This document shows, one piece after another, positions 1 to 9,652 of a stretch of 12,420 nt of DNA; the stretch's first letter is position 1, and each line of letters begins with the position of its first letter. A program made the translations under genes and the position numbers. The stretch comes from a virus (lineage: Duplodnaviria > Heunggongvirae > Uroviricota > Caudoviricetes): the IMG/VR virus record IMGVR_UViG_2585427758_000001, positions 1 to 12,420 of that record. One strand, written 5' to 3'. The notes below the pieces were generated by a model. It did no database searches, was not told where the DNA came from, and was given only the letters and a program-made list of their open reading frames with translations.

Positions 1-1
1 G

Positions 2-565
2 ACCATCACCGGCGGCAGTGTTGCGCTGGAAGATGGTGTGTTTAAGGTTACCAAGCAGAGCAATAAAACCTGGTCCCTGATGCATCCGGTGGATGACGCA
101 GTCTCCCTGCTGACACGGGGTGGCAGACTGAGCTGTAAGTTTCGACTGTCAGGCGCACTGACCAACAACCAGTTCGGTCTGGGAATTTATCTGTATACCG
201 ATGTAGCGTTACCTGACGTCGTGGCGATGACCGGGACTGGTAACCCGTTCCTGATGTCGTTCTTCACCCAGACCACAGACGGCAAACTGAATCTGATGCA
301 TCACAGGAAAGCAGGAAACACAAAGTTGGGCGAGTTCGGGAATTACAGTAACGACTGGCAGACGCTGGAGCTGGTGTTCACCGCCGGCAGTGCCACGGTT
401 ACTCCGAAACTGAATGGAGTGGCTGGCCCGGCATTCCAGGTCATAAAAGACAGTCTGACACTGGGGCTGAATGCGCTGACGCTGACGGATATTACCAAAA
501 ATGCAGCGTATGGCGTTGAGATAGAAAGTCTGGTGCTGGAGATAAATGCACCAGCATCATCATAA
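2..565 (+). CDS. 3' portion of a gene starting upstream of the window; hypothetical, Thr/Gly/Asn/Ser-rich, possibly a carbohydrate-binding or beta-rich C-terminal domain of a late-region moron (NanS-p-like esterase C-terminus is only a guess)
   Basis: Reading frame is open from position 2 to stop at 563-565 (no stop upstream in frame, checked by hand). The GTG at 38 in the ORF track is probably internal. Product guess rests on composition and genomic position only. Confidence 0.55.
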   Translation, partial: TITGGSVALEDGVFKVTKQSNKTWSLMHPVDDAVSLLTRGGRLSCKFRLSGALTNNQFGLGIYLYTDVALPDVVAMTGTGNPFLMSFFTQTTDGKLNLMHHRKAGNTKLGEFGNYSNDWQTLELVFTAGSATVTPKLNGVAGPAFQVIKDSLTLGLNALTLTDITKNAAYGVEIESLVLEINAPASS

Positions 566-649
566 AAAGTGAGCCAGTCAAATGGAAGGTATCGTTAAAC
601 TCACCGGTAGTGTCAGTGGGTCGTCTGAGATGCCTGCATGAGTTATCAG

Positions 650-681
650 AGCCATCAGTACTTAACTGGTGGCTTTTTTTA
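650..681 (+). terminator. Rho-independent terminator-like hairpin plus T-tract upstream of the holin gene
   Basis: Stem AGCCATCAG (650-658) pairs with CTGGTGGCT (666-674) with one G-U pair, 7-nt loop, followed by TTTTTTT (675-681). Confidence 0.6.
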
Positions 682-715
682 TTGTTGTCAGCTTCCGGAT
701 AACGGGAGACGGGGT

Positions 716-931
716 ATGTACCAGATGGAAAAAATCACAACAGGTGTGTCATACACCACGTCAGCGGTGGGAACGGGCTACTGGTTCCTGCAGTTGCTGG
801 ACAGGGTTTCCCCGTCTCAGTGGGCGGCAATAGGCGTGCTGGGGAGTCTGCTGTTTGGGCTGCTGACATATCTGACTAACCTGTATTTCAAAATCAGAGA
901 GGACCGTCGTAAGGCTGCACGGGGAGAGTAA
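716..931 (+). CDS. S: Class II holin (pinholin, phage 21 S-like), 71 aa, with dual-start motif
   Basis: Starts MYQMEK (Met1/Met4 dual start typical of holin/antiholin pairs). Two hydrophobic segments ([20 protein letters not shown] and [23 protein letters not shown]) and a charged C-terminus [21 protein letters not shown] about 7 nt upstream of ATG 716. The ORF-track start at 638 lacks an RBS and adds a non-hydrophobic leader. Confidence 0.85.
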   Translation: MYQMEKITTGVSYTTSAVGTGYWFLQLLDRVSPSQWAAIGVLGSLLFGLLTYLTNLYFKIREDRRKAARGE

Positions 932-935
932 TTCA

Positions 936-1280
936 ATGACTCAAAACTATGAACTGATTGTGAAAGGGATCCGCAATTTTGAGAATAAAGTTACGGTAAC
1001 TTTAGCGTTACGGGACAAAAAACGCTTTGACGGTGAAATTTTTGACCTGGACATCTCGCTGGACCGTGTTGAAGGTGCCGCGCTGGAGTTTTATGAGGCA
1101 GCAGCCAGAAGGAGCATCAGACAGGTCTTCCTGGATGTTGCTGCCGGGTTATGTGAAGGGGATGAGCAGTCGCCGGAAAAGCGCCCCGTAATTTTAGAGG
1201 CGCAGGATGTGTTGATAACCTACAGAGGAAAACTACCGGGAATAATTACGGGTTCTCTGAAGAGTCCGCCGAAATGGTAA
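936..1280 (+). CDS. Hypothetical 114-aa protein, possibly DUF1327/YdfR-like (a family found between holin and endolysin in E. coli lambdoid prophages)
   Basis: Intact ORF with SD-like GGGGAGAG upstream, sitting 4 nt after the holin stop. Family assignment is from memory of the Qin prophage essQ-ydfR-rrrQ order, not a computed match. Region is AT-richer than the head genes. Confidence 0.65.
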   Translation: MTQNYELIVKGIRNFENKVTVTLALRDKKRFDGEIFDLDISLDRVEGAALEFYEAAARRSIRQVFLDVAAGLCEGDEQSPEKRPVILEAQDVLITYRGKLPGIITGSLKSPPKW

Positions 1281-1518
1281 TTTTACCAGCATATTTTTCA
1301 TCCAGTAATACAGCAAGCCGCCTGAAAGAGTCTTGTTGTTCCTGAGACCATTTGGGATTGCATGATTCAAACTGGATTGATGCCAGCGTTGATTGCATCT
1401 GTTCCCTTGGAATTGAGAATGCCAGATATGAGAAGGCGACGGTAAGGGTATTCACGTCTTCCCGAAGCCTGGAAATGCTGTCGAGCAACTCCTGTAGAGA
1501 AATGGTGTTATTGTCCAT
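1246..1518 (-). CDS. Hypothetical 90-aa acidic protein on the opposite strand, convergent with the 936..1280 gene
   Basis: ATG at minus-strand 1518 is preceded by GAGGA with a 6-nt spacer (good SD). Balanced, non-repetitive composition. 3' end overlaps the 936..1280 ORF by 35 nt. The competing + ORF 1352..1558 has no RBS and is Cys/Ser-rich. Confidence 0.45.
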   Translation of the reverse strand: MDNNTISLQELLDSISRLREDVNTLTVAFSYLAFSIPREQMQSTLASIQFESCNPKWSQEQQDSFRRLAVLLDEKYAGKITISADSSENP

Positions 1519-1573
1519 AAATAATCCTCATGATTGTATTGACCTGTTAGCAGCCTGAGGCAACAGGCTGGAA

Positions 1574-1623
1574 CTGATAAACATATCCAGGGCTCAGAAA
1601 CCGATAAATCCTGATAAATATCC
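1574..1623 (+). repeat. Direct repeats CTGATAAA(C)ATATCC immediately upstream of the endolysin start codon
   Basis: CTGATAAACATATCC at 1574-1588 and CTGATAAATATCC at 1611-1623, with a third GATAAAT at 1603-1609. Seen directly in sequence. Confidence 0.5.
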
Positions 1624-2157
1624 ATGAACGCAAAAATCAGATACGGCCTGTCGGCTGCCGTTCTGGCGCTGATTGCCGCTGGTGCGCCTGCGCCTGACAT
1701 TCTCGACCAGTTTCTGGATGAAAAGGAAGGTAACCACACCACGGCATACCGTGATGGCGCGGGTATCTGGACCATCTGCCGCGGTGCCATCCTGGTGGAT
1801 GGCAAACCTGTCGTTCCGGGCATGAAGTTGTCGAAGGAAAAATGCGACCGGGTTAACGCCATTGAGCGTGATAAGGCGCTGGCATGGGTGGAGAAAAACA
1901 TCAGAGTGCCATTGAGTGAACCCCAGAAAGCGGGGATCGCGTCATTCTGTCCGTACAACATTGGCCCCGGTAAGTGTTTTCCGTCGACGTTTTATAAACG
2001 AATTAATGCAGGTGATCGCAGGGGAGCGTGTGAGGCGATTCGCTGGTGGATTAAGGACGGTGGCAGAGACTGCCGTATTCGCTCAAATAACTGTTACGGT
2101 CAGGTATCCCGTCGTGACCAGGAGAGCGCGCTGGCGTGCTGGGGAATCGACAGATAA
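1624..2157 (+). CDS. R: SAR endolysin, T4-lysozyme family (GH24) phage lysozyme, 177 aa
   Basis: N-terminal weakly hydrophobic Gly/Ala-rich segment YGLSAAVLALIAAGAPA (SAR-like). Catalytic motif E-x8-D-x5-T in EKEGNHTTAYRDGAGIWT. Follows the pinholin as expected for pinholin/SAR-endolysin pairs. Confidence 0.9.
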   Translation: MNAKIRYGLSAAVLALIAAGAPAPDILDQFLDEKEGNHTTAYRDGAGIWTICRGAILVDGKPVVPGMKLSKEKCDRVNAIERDKALAWVEKNIRVPLSEPQKAGIASFCPYNIGPGKCFPSTFYKRINAGDRRGACEAIRWWIKDGGRDCRIRSNNCYGQVSRRDQESALACWGIDR

Positions 2158-2247
2158 GCAGAATATTTTGCTAATCAATGACGTTGGCCAAGGCGGACGG
2201 ATAACACGAAATCCTGCGAACTGGCAAAATGTAAGTGAATAAAAGTA

Positions 2248-2286
2248 AAAACCCCGTTTGTTGGCAGCAAGCGGGGTTTTGTTTTT
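2248..2286 (+). terminator. Strong rho-independent terminator downstream of the endolysin
   Basis: A-tract, then stem CCCCGTTTGT (2252-2261) pairing with GCAAGCGGGG (2267-2276) including two G-U pairs, 5-nt loop, then TTTTGTTTTT (2277-2286). Confidence 0.7.
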
Positions 2287-2351
2287 ATGGCAGTAAGCTA
2301 TGGGAGGCTGCCTTGATTGATTTTAGCAAACTGATTAGGGAGTTGCGACTC

Positions 2352-2447
2352 ATGATTAGTCAATTACCAAACTGGAAATTTTTGCTGGTCTGGAGCATCC
2401 CTTTTTTATGGGTAGTATCCCAGTTAATTGTGGCAATTAAGGGGTAG
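2352..2447 (+). CDS. Candidate small hydrophobic peptide, 31 aa (MISQLPNWKFLLVWSIPFLWVVSQLIVAIKG)
   Basis: ATG 2352 with GGGAG 9 nt upstream; single predicted TM helix; stop TAG lies 2 nt before the next ATG. Not in the ORF track (below its size cutoff). Could be a T-rich artefact. Confidence 0.3.
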   Translation: MISQLPNWKFLLVWSIPFLWVVSQLIVAIKG

Positions 2448-2449
2448 CT

Positions 2450-2581
2450 ATGTCAGACAAACTCATAACGCCGGCAAAGGTCCTGTGTGTGATTGTCGGT
2501 ATTTCATTTTCACTAATGCTGGTTGCTCTTTTTCTGTCCCTCGCCTGGGTGATGTTGTCTTCGTCGGGGCTGCTGGGGTGA
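2450..2581 (+). CDS. Candidate small membrane peptide, 43 aa (MSDKLITPAKVLCVIVGISFSLMLVALFLSLAWVMLSSSGLLG)
   Basis: ATG 2450 with SD AAGGGG and a 5-nt spacer; one strongly hydrophobic helix; stop TGA overlaps the GTG of the next small ORF (GTGA). Confidence 0.4.
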   Translation: MSDKLITPAKVLCVIVGISFSLMLVALFLSLAWVMLSSSGLLG

Positions 2582-2700
2582 CAGTGACTGATGACATCAG
2601 CAGAGCGCTGGCTTTTGCTATTAAGTGGGTGGCTGTTGGTATTGCTGTGTCTCCGATGCTGTATGGGCTGGCAAAACTGGTCATTGCGCTGAAATCGTGA
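2578..2700 (+). CDS. Candidate small membrane peptide, ~40 aa (VTVTDDISRALAFAIKWVAVGIAVSPMLYGLAKLVIALKS), paralogous to the next peptide
   Basis: GTG start overlapping the previous stop; hydrophobic helix. Shares the RA(L/M)AFAI(K/R)xVA motif with the 2712..2798 peptide, encoded with different synonymous codons (AGA/CGG Arg, GCG/GCA, GCT/GCC Ala). Confidence 0.4.
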   Translation: MTVTDDISRALAFAIKWVAVGIAVSPMLYGLAKLVIALKS

Positions 2701-2711
2701 ACTTTAAAAAG

Positions 2712-2798
2712 ATGAGTGCTGAACTTATTCGGGCAATGGCATTTGCCATTCGTATTGTGGCCATTGCTGTTCTGGTCTGGGCAATCCGTTGGTGGTGA
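2712..2798 (+). CDS. Candidate small membrane peptide, 28 aa ([28 protein letters not shown]), paralogous to the previous peptide
   Basis: ATG 2712; stop TGA 2796-2798 sits 1 nt before the Rz ATG at 2800. Sequence similarity to the 2578..2700 peptide is preserved at protein level despite synonymous differences. Confidence 0.4.
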   Translation: MSAELIRAMAFAIRIVAIAVLVWAIRWW

Positions 2799-2799
2799 T

Positions 2800-3267
2800 A
2801 TGAACCGTGTTCTGTGTGTGGTGATTATTGTCATGCTGGTGGCCTGTGGTGCGCTTAGTCTGGGGCTGAATCATTACCGTGATAACGCCATTACCTACAA
2901 AGCCCAGCGCGACAAAAATGTCAGAGAACTGAAGCTGGCGAACGCGGCAATTACTGACATGCAGATGCGTCAGCGTGATGTTGCTGCGCTCGATGCAAAA
3001 TACTCGAGGGAATTAGCCGATGCGAGAGCTGAAAATGAAACTCTTCGCGCTGACGTTGCCGCTGGTCGTAAGCGCCTGCGTATCAACGCCACCTGTCCAG
3101 GTCCCGTGCGTGAAGCCACCGGCACCGCCCGCGTGGATAATGCAACCGGCCCCCGACTGGCAGACACCGCTGAACGGGATTATTTCACCCTCAGAGAGCG
3201 GCTGATGACGATGCACAAGCAACTGGAAGGGGCGCAGGAATATATCCGCACTCAGTGCCTGAAATAA
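2800..3267 (+). CDS. Rz: Inner-membrane spanin Rz (i-spanin), 155 aa
   Basis: N-terminal TM anchor ([20 protein letters not shown]), then [17 protein letters not shown]...[16 protein letters not shown], closely matching lambda Rz as recalled. ATG 2800 preceded by GGTGGTGA. The ORF-track GTG at 2716 would add an unsupported leader. Confidence 0.9.
   Translation: MNRVLCVVIIVMLVACGALSLGLNHYRDNAITYKAQRDKNVRELKLANAAITDMQMRQRDVAALDAKYSRELADARAENETLRADVAAGRKRLRINATCPGPVREATGTARVDNATGPRLADTAERDYFTLRERLMTMHKQLEGAQEYIRTQCLK
3020..3205 (+). CDS. Rz1: Outer-membrane lipoprotein spanin Rz1 (o-spanin), embedded in the +1 frame of Rz
   Basis: Signal peptide with lipobox LVVSAC, Pro-rich mature part [32 protein letters not shown] matching lambda Rz1 as recalled; wholly inside Rz in another frame. 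True start may be Met1 (3020) or Met6 (3035). Confidence 0.85.
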   Translation: MRELKMKLFALTLPLVVSACVSTPPVQVPCVKPPAPPAWIMQPAPDWQTPLNGIISPSESG

Positions 3268-3484
3268 GTTTTGCTGATGCGCGGTATTGTCGCCGTATCC
3301 CCGCATTAACAGAGACCGCAGCCCGACCGGGAGACTCCTCTGCGCGAGTGTGCGGGGATAATCAAAAACGATACACACCGGGGTTTACCGCGTTAACGGA
3401 GCGCGGCGTTGTCCCCTCATAGTCGCCTGTCCGGTGCGATGGTGGAAGAAACCGGACTACATTGAAAATGATAACCATTATCAT

Positions 3485-3535
3485 TTTTGCGGGTCCTTTC
3501 CGGCGATCCGGGCCGTTACGGGGCGGCGACCTCGC
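3485..3535 (+). other. cos: cos site: cosQ-like region and cosN with the 12-nt cohesive-end sequence GGGCGGCGACCT (3521-3532)
   Basis: Exact lambda cohesive-end sequence at 3521-3532, preceded by GCGGGTCCTTTCCGGCGATCCG...GTTACG resembling the lambda right end and followed by CGCGGGTTTTCGCTATTTATGAAAATTTTCCGG as at the lambda left end (from memory). Confidence 0.85.
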
Positions 3536-3567
3536 GGGTTTTCGCTATTTATGAAAATTTTCCGGGG

Positions 3568-3685
3568 AAAATCATGTCGGTACTTCTCGAACATAACTAT
3601 TTGTTTTTTCTAATATCGAATCCGTAAAAGGTCCGACATGAAAACGCCTAAAAAAGTCATTTTCGGGCACTTTCATGTCGGCCCC
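3568..3685 (+). repeat. cosB: cosB-like terminase small-subunit binding region: three copies of TCATGTCGG (direct 3572-3580, inverted 3633-3641, direct 3673-3681) flanking an AT-rich segment
   Basis: Repeats seen directly. Arrangement direct-inverted-direct at about +52, +113 and +153 from the cohesive-end start mirrors lambda R3-I1-R2-R1, but the repeat sequence differs from the lambda R consensus (CGTTTCC...). AT-rich spacer 3590-3625 is a plausible IHF/bend site (weak match only). Confidence 0.6.
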
Positions 3686-3708
3686 TGTATTTATTGTGAG
3701 ACTGTTTC

Positions 3709-4228
3709 ATGAAGGTTAATAAAAAGAAACTTGCCGAAATTTTCAACGTGGATCCGCGAACGATTGAACGCTGGCAGTCTCAGGGACTCCCTTGTGTCTC
3801 CGGAGGTGGTAAGGGCGTTGAATCTGTATTTGATACCGCCATGGCAATTCAGTGGTATGCGCAGAGGGAAGCTGATATCGAAAATGAAAAACTCCGTAAA
3901 GAGGTTGAGGATTACAGGGCTGCCAGTGAGGCAGATCTCCAGCCTGGGACTATTGAGTACGAACGCCATCGACTTACGCGTGCGCAGGCCGACGCACAGG
4001 AGCTGAAGAATGCCAGAGACTCCGCAGAGGTGGTGGAAACCGCATTCTGTACTTTCGTGCTGTCACGGATCGCAGGTGAAATTGCCAGTATTCTTGACGG
4101 GATCCCTCTCTCGGTACAGCGGCGTTTTCCGGAACTGGAAAACCGACATGTTGATTTCCTGAAACGGGATATCATCAAAGCCATGAACAAAGCAGCCGCG
4201 CTGGATGAACTGATACCGGGGTTGCTGA

Positions 4229-4254
<26 letters not shown>
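3709..4254 (+). CDS. nu1: Terminase small subunit (Nu1-type), 181 aa; N-terminal DNA-binding domain non-lambda (phage 21-like by recollection), C-terminal part lambda-identical
   Basis: Same length and 26-nt overlap with A as lambda Nu1. From about residue 73 ([32 protein letters not shown]...) it matches lambda Nu1 as recalled; residues 1-70 ([29 protein letters not shown]...) are divergent. Confidence 0.9.
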
Positions 4255-7935
<3,681 letters not shown>

Positions 7936-7955
<20 letters not shown>

Positions 7956-9255
7956 TCTCCCGCATATTGCCAGCATGGCTTTTAATGAGCCGCTGATGCT
8001 TGAACCCGCCTATGCGCGGGTTTTCTTTTGTGCGCTTGCAGGCCAGCTTGGGATCAGCCGCCTGACGGATGCGGTGTCCGGCGACAGCCTGACTGCCCAG
8101 GAGGCACTCGCGACGCTGGCATTATTCGGTGATGATGACGGACCACGACAGGCCCGCAGTTATCAGGTCATGAACGGCATCGCCGTGCTGCCGGTGTCCG
8201 GCACGCTGGTCAGCCGGACGCGGGCGCTGCAGCCGTACTCGGGGATGACCGGTTACAACGGCATTATCGCCCGTCTGCAACAGGCTGCCAGCGACCCGAT
8301 GGTGGACGGCATTCTGCTCGATATGGACACGCCAGGCGGAATGGTGGCGGGGGCATTTGACTGCGCTGACATCATTGCCCGTGTGCGTGACATAAAACCG
8401 GTATGGGCGCTGGCCAACGACATGAACTGTAGTGCAGGTCAGCTGCTTGCCAGTGCCGCCTCCCGGCGTCTGGTCACGCAGACCGCCCGGACAGGCTCCA
8501 TCGGCGTCATGATGGCTCACAGTAATTACGGTGCTGCCCTGGAGAAACAGGGTGTGGAAATCACGCTGATTTACAGCGGCAGCCATAAGGTGGATGGCAA
8601 TCCCTACAGCCATCTTCCGGATGACGTCCGGGAGACACTGCAGTCCCGGATGGACGCAACCCGCCAGATGTTTGCGCAGAAGGTGTCGGCATATACCGGC
8701 CTGTCTGTGCAGGCTGTGCTGGATACCGAGGCTGCAGTGTACAGCGGTCAGGAGGCCATTGATGCCGGACTGGCTGATGAACTTGTTAACAGCACCGATG
8801 CGATCACCGTCATGCGTGATGCACTGGATGCGCGTAAATCCCGTCTCTCAGGAGGGCGAATGACCAAAGAGACTCAATCAACAACTGTTTCAGCCACTGC
8901 TTCGCAGGCTGACGTTACTGACGTGGTGCCAGCGACGGAGGGCGAAAACGCCAGCGCGGCGCAGCCGGACGTGAACGCGCAGATCACCGCAGCGGTTGCG
9001 GCAGAAAACAGCCGCATTATGGGGATCCTCAACTGTGAGGAGGCTCACGGACGCGAAGAACAGGCCCGCGTGCTGGCAGAACCCCCCGGTATGACCGTGG
9101 AAACGGCCCGCCGCATTCTGGCAGCTGCACCACAGAGTGCACAGGCGCGCAGTGACACTGCGCTGGATCGTCTGATGCAGGGGGCACCGGCACCGCTGGC
9201 TGCAGGTAACCCGGCATCTGATGCCGTTAACGATTTGCTGAACACACCAGTGTAA
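7936..9255 (+). CDS. C: Head maturation protease / scaffold gpC (S49-family serine protease), 439 aa, GTG start
   Basis: Begins VTAELRNLPHIASMAFNEPLMLEP... as lambda C; GTG 7936 preceded by GAGGAGGAGAAG; overlaps the B 3' end. The ORF-track ATG at 7801 is an in-frame upstream extension inside B and is not the start. Confidence 0.9.
8860..9255 (+). CDS. nu3: Scaffolding protein Nu3, translated from an in-frame internal start within C
   Basis: Internal ATG 8860 (MTKETQSTTVSA...) preceded by strong SD AGGAGGG; co-terminal with C. An alternative in-frame ATG at 8650 (MDATRQMF...) cannot be excluded from sequence alone. Confidence 0.5.
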   Translation: MTKETQSTTVSATASQADVTDVVPATEGENASAAQPDVNAQITAAVAAENSRIMGILNCEEAHGREEQARVLAEPPGMTVETARRILAAAPQSAQARSDTALDRLMQGAPAPLAAGNPASDAVNDLLNTPV

Positions 9256-9264
9256 GGGATGTTT

Positions 9265-9597
9265 ATGACGAGCAAAGAAACCTTTACCCATTACCAGCCG
9301 CTGGGCAACAGTGACCCGGCACATACGGCAACCGCGCCCGGCGGATTGAGTGCGAAAGCGCCTGCAATGACCCCGCTGATGCTGGATACCTCCACCCGTA
9401 AGCTGGTTGCGTGGGATGGCACCACCGACGGTGCTGCCGTTGGCATTCTGGCGGTTGATGCTGACCAGACCAGCACCACGCTGACGTTCTACAAGTCCGG
9501 CACGTTCCGTTATGAGGATGTGCTCTGGCCGGAGGCTGCCAGCGACGAGACGAAAAAACGGACCGCGTTTGCCGGAACGGCAATCAGCATCGTTTAA
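9265..9597 (+). CDS. D: Head decoration protein gpD, 110 aa
   Basis: [43 protein letters not shown]... matches lambda D as recalled; ATG 9259 two codons upstream is less likely. Confidence 0.95.
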   Translation: MTSKETFTHYQPLGNSDPAHTATAPGGLSAKAPAMTPLMLDTSTRKLVAWDGTTDGAAVGILAVDADQTSTTLTFYKSGTFRYEDVLWPEAASDETKKRTAFAGTAISIV

Positions 9598-9614
9598 CTT
9601 TACCCTTCATCACT

Positions 9615-9640
9615 AAAGGCCGCCTGTGCGGCTTTTTTTA
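9615..9640 (+). terminator. Hairpin plus U-tract between D and E (terminator or attenuator-like)
   Basis: GGCCGC (9618-9623), loop CTGT, GCGGCT (9628-9633), then TTTTTTT; sits in the D-E intergenic spacer. Confidence 0.4.
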
Positions 9641-9652
9641 CGGGATTTTTTT

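Noticed and set aside
1352-1558. Plus-strand 68-aa ORF in the S-R insert.
   Set aside because: No SD upstream and a Cys/Ser-rich low-complexity translation; the overlapping minus-strand ORF 1246-1518 has a good SD and more protein-like composition.
1519-1623. A sigma-70 promoter for the minus-strand ORF (TACAAT-like -10 at about 1533-1538 on the minus strand).
   Set aside because: No -35 element at acceptable spacing (best TTGCCT lies 20 bp away); not supportable from sequence alone.
2235-2447. 70-aa ORF 2235-2447 and 90-aa ORF 2428-2700 as full-length genes.
   Set aside because: Their 5' portions overlap the terminator hairpin or the preceding peptide frame and have no RBS; only the downstream hydrophobic portions with their own starts are retained as low-confidence small ORFs.
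3590-3625. IHF binding site (I1) in the AT-rich spacer between the first two cosB repeats.
   Set aside because: Only a weak partial match to WATCAANNNNTTR (TATCGAATCCGTA); plausible by analogy with lambda but not demonstrable here, so it is mentioned inside the cosB feature only.
9626-9652. ATG 9626 as E start, ATG 9259 as D start, ATG 10681 as FI start, GTG 2716 as Rz start, ATG 638 as holin start.
   Set aside because: Each adds an N-terminal leader that overlaps a hairpin or the preceding gene and lacks an RBS; the downstream starts match the known protein N-termini (as recalled) and have SD sequences.
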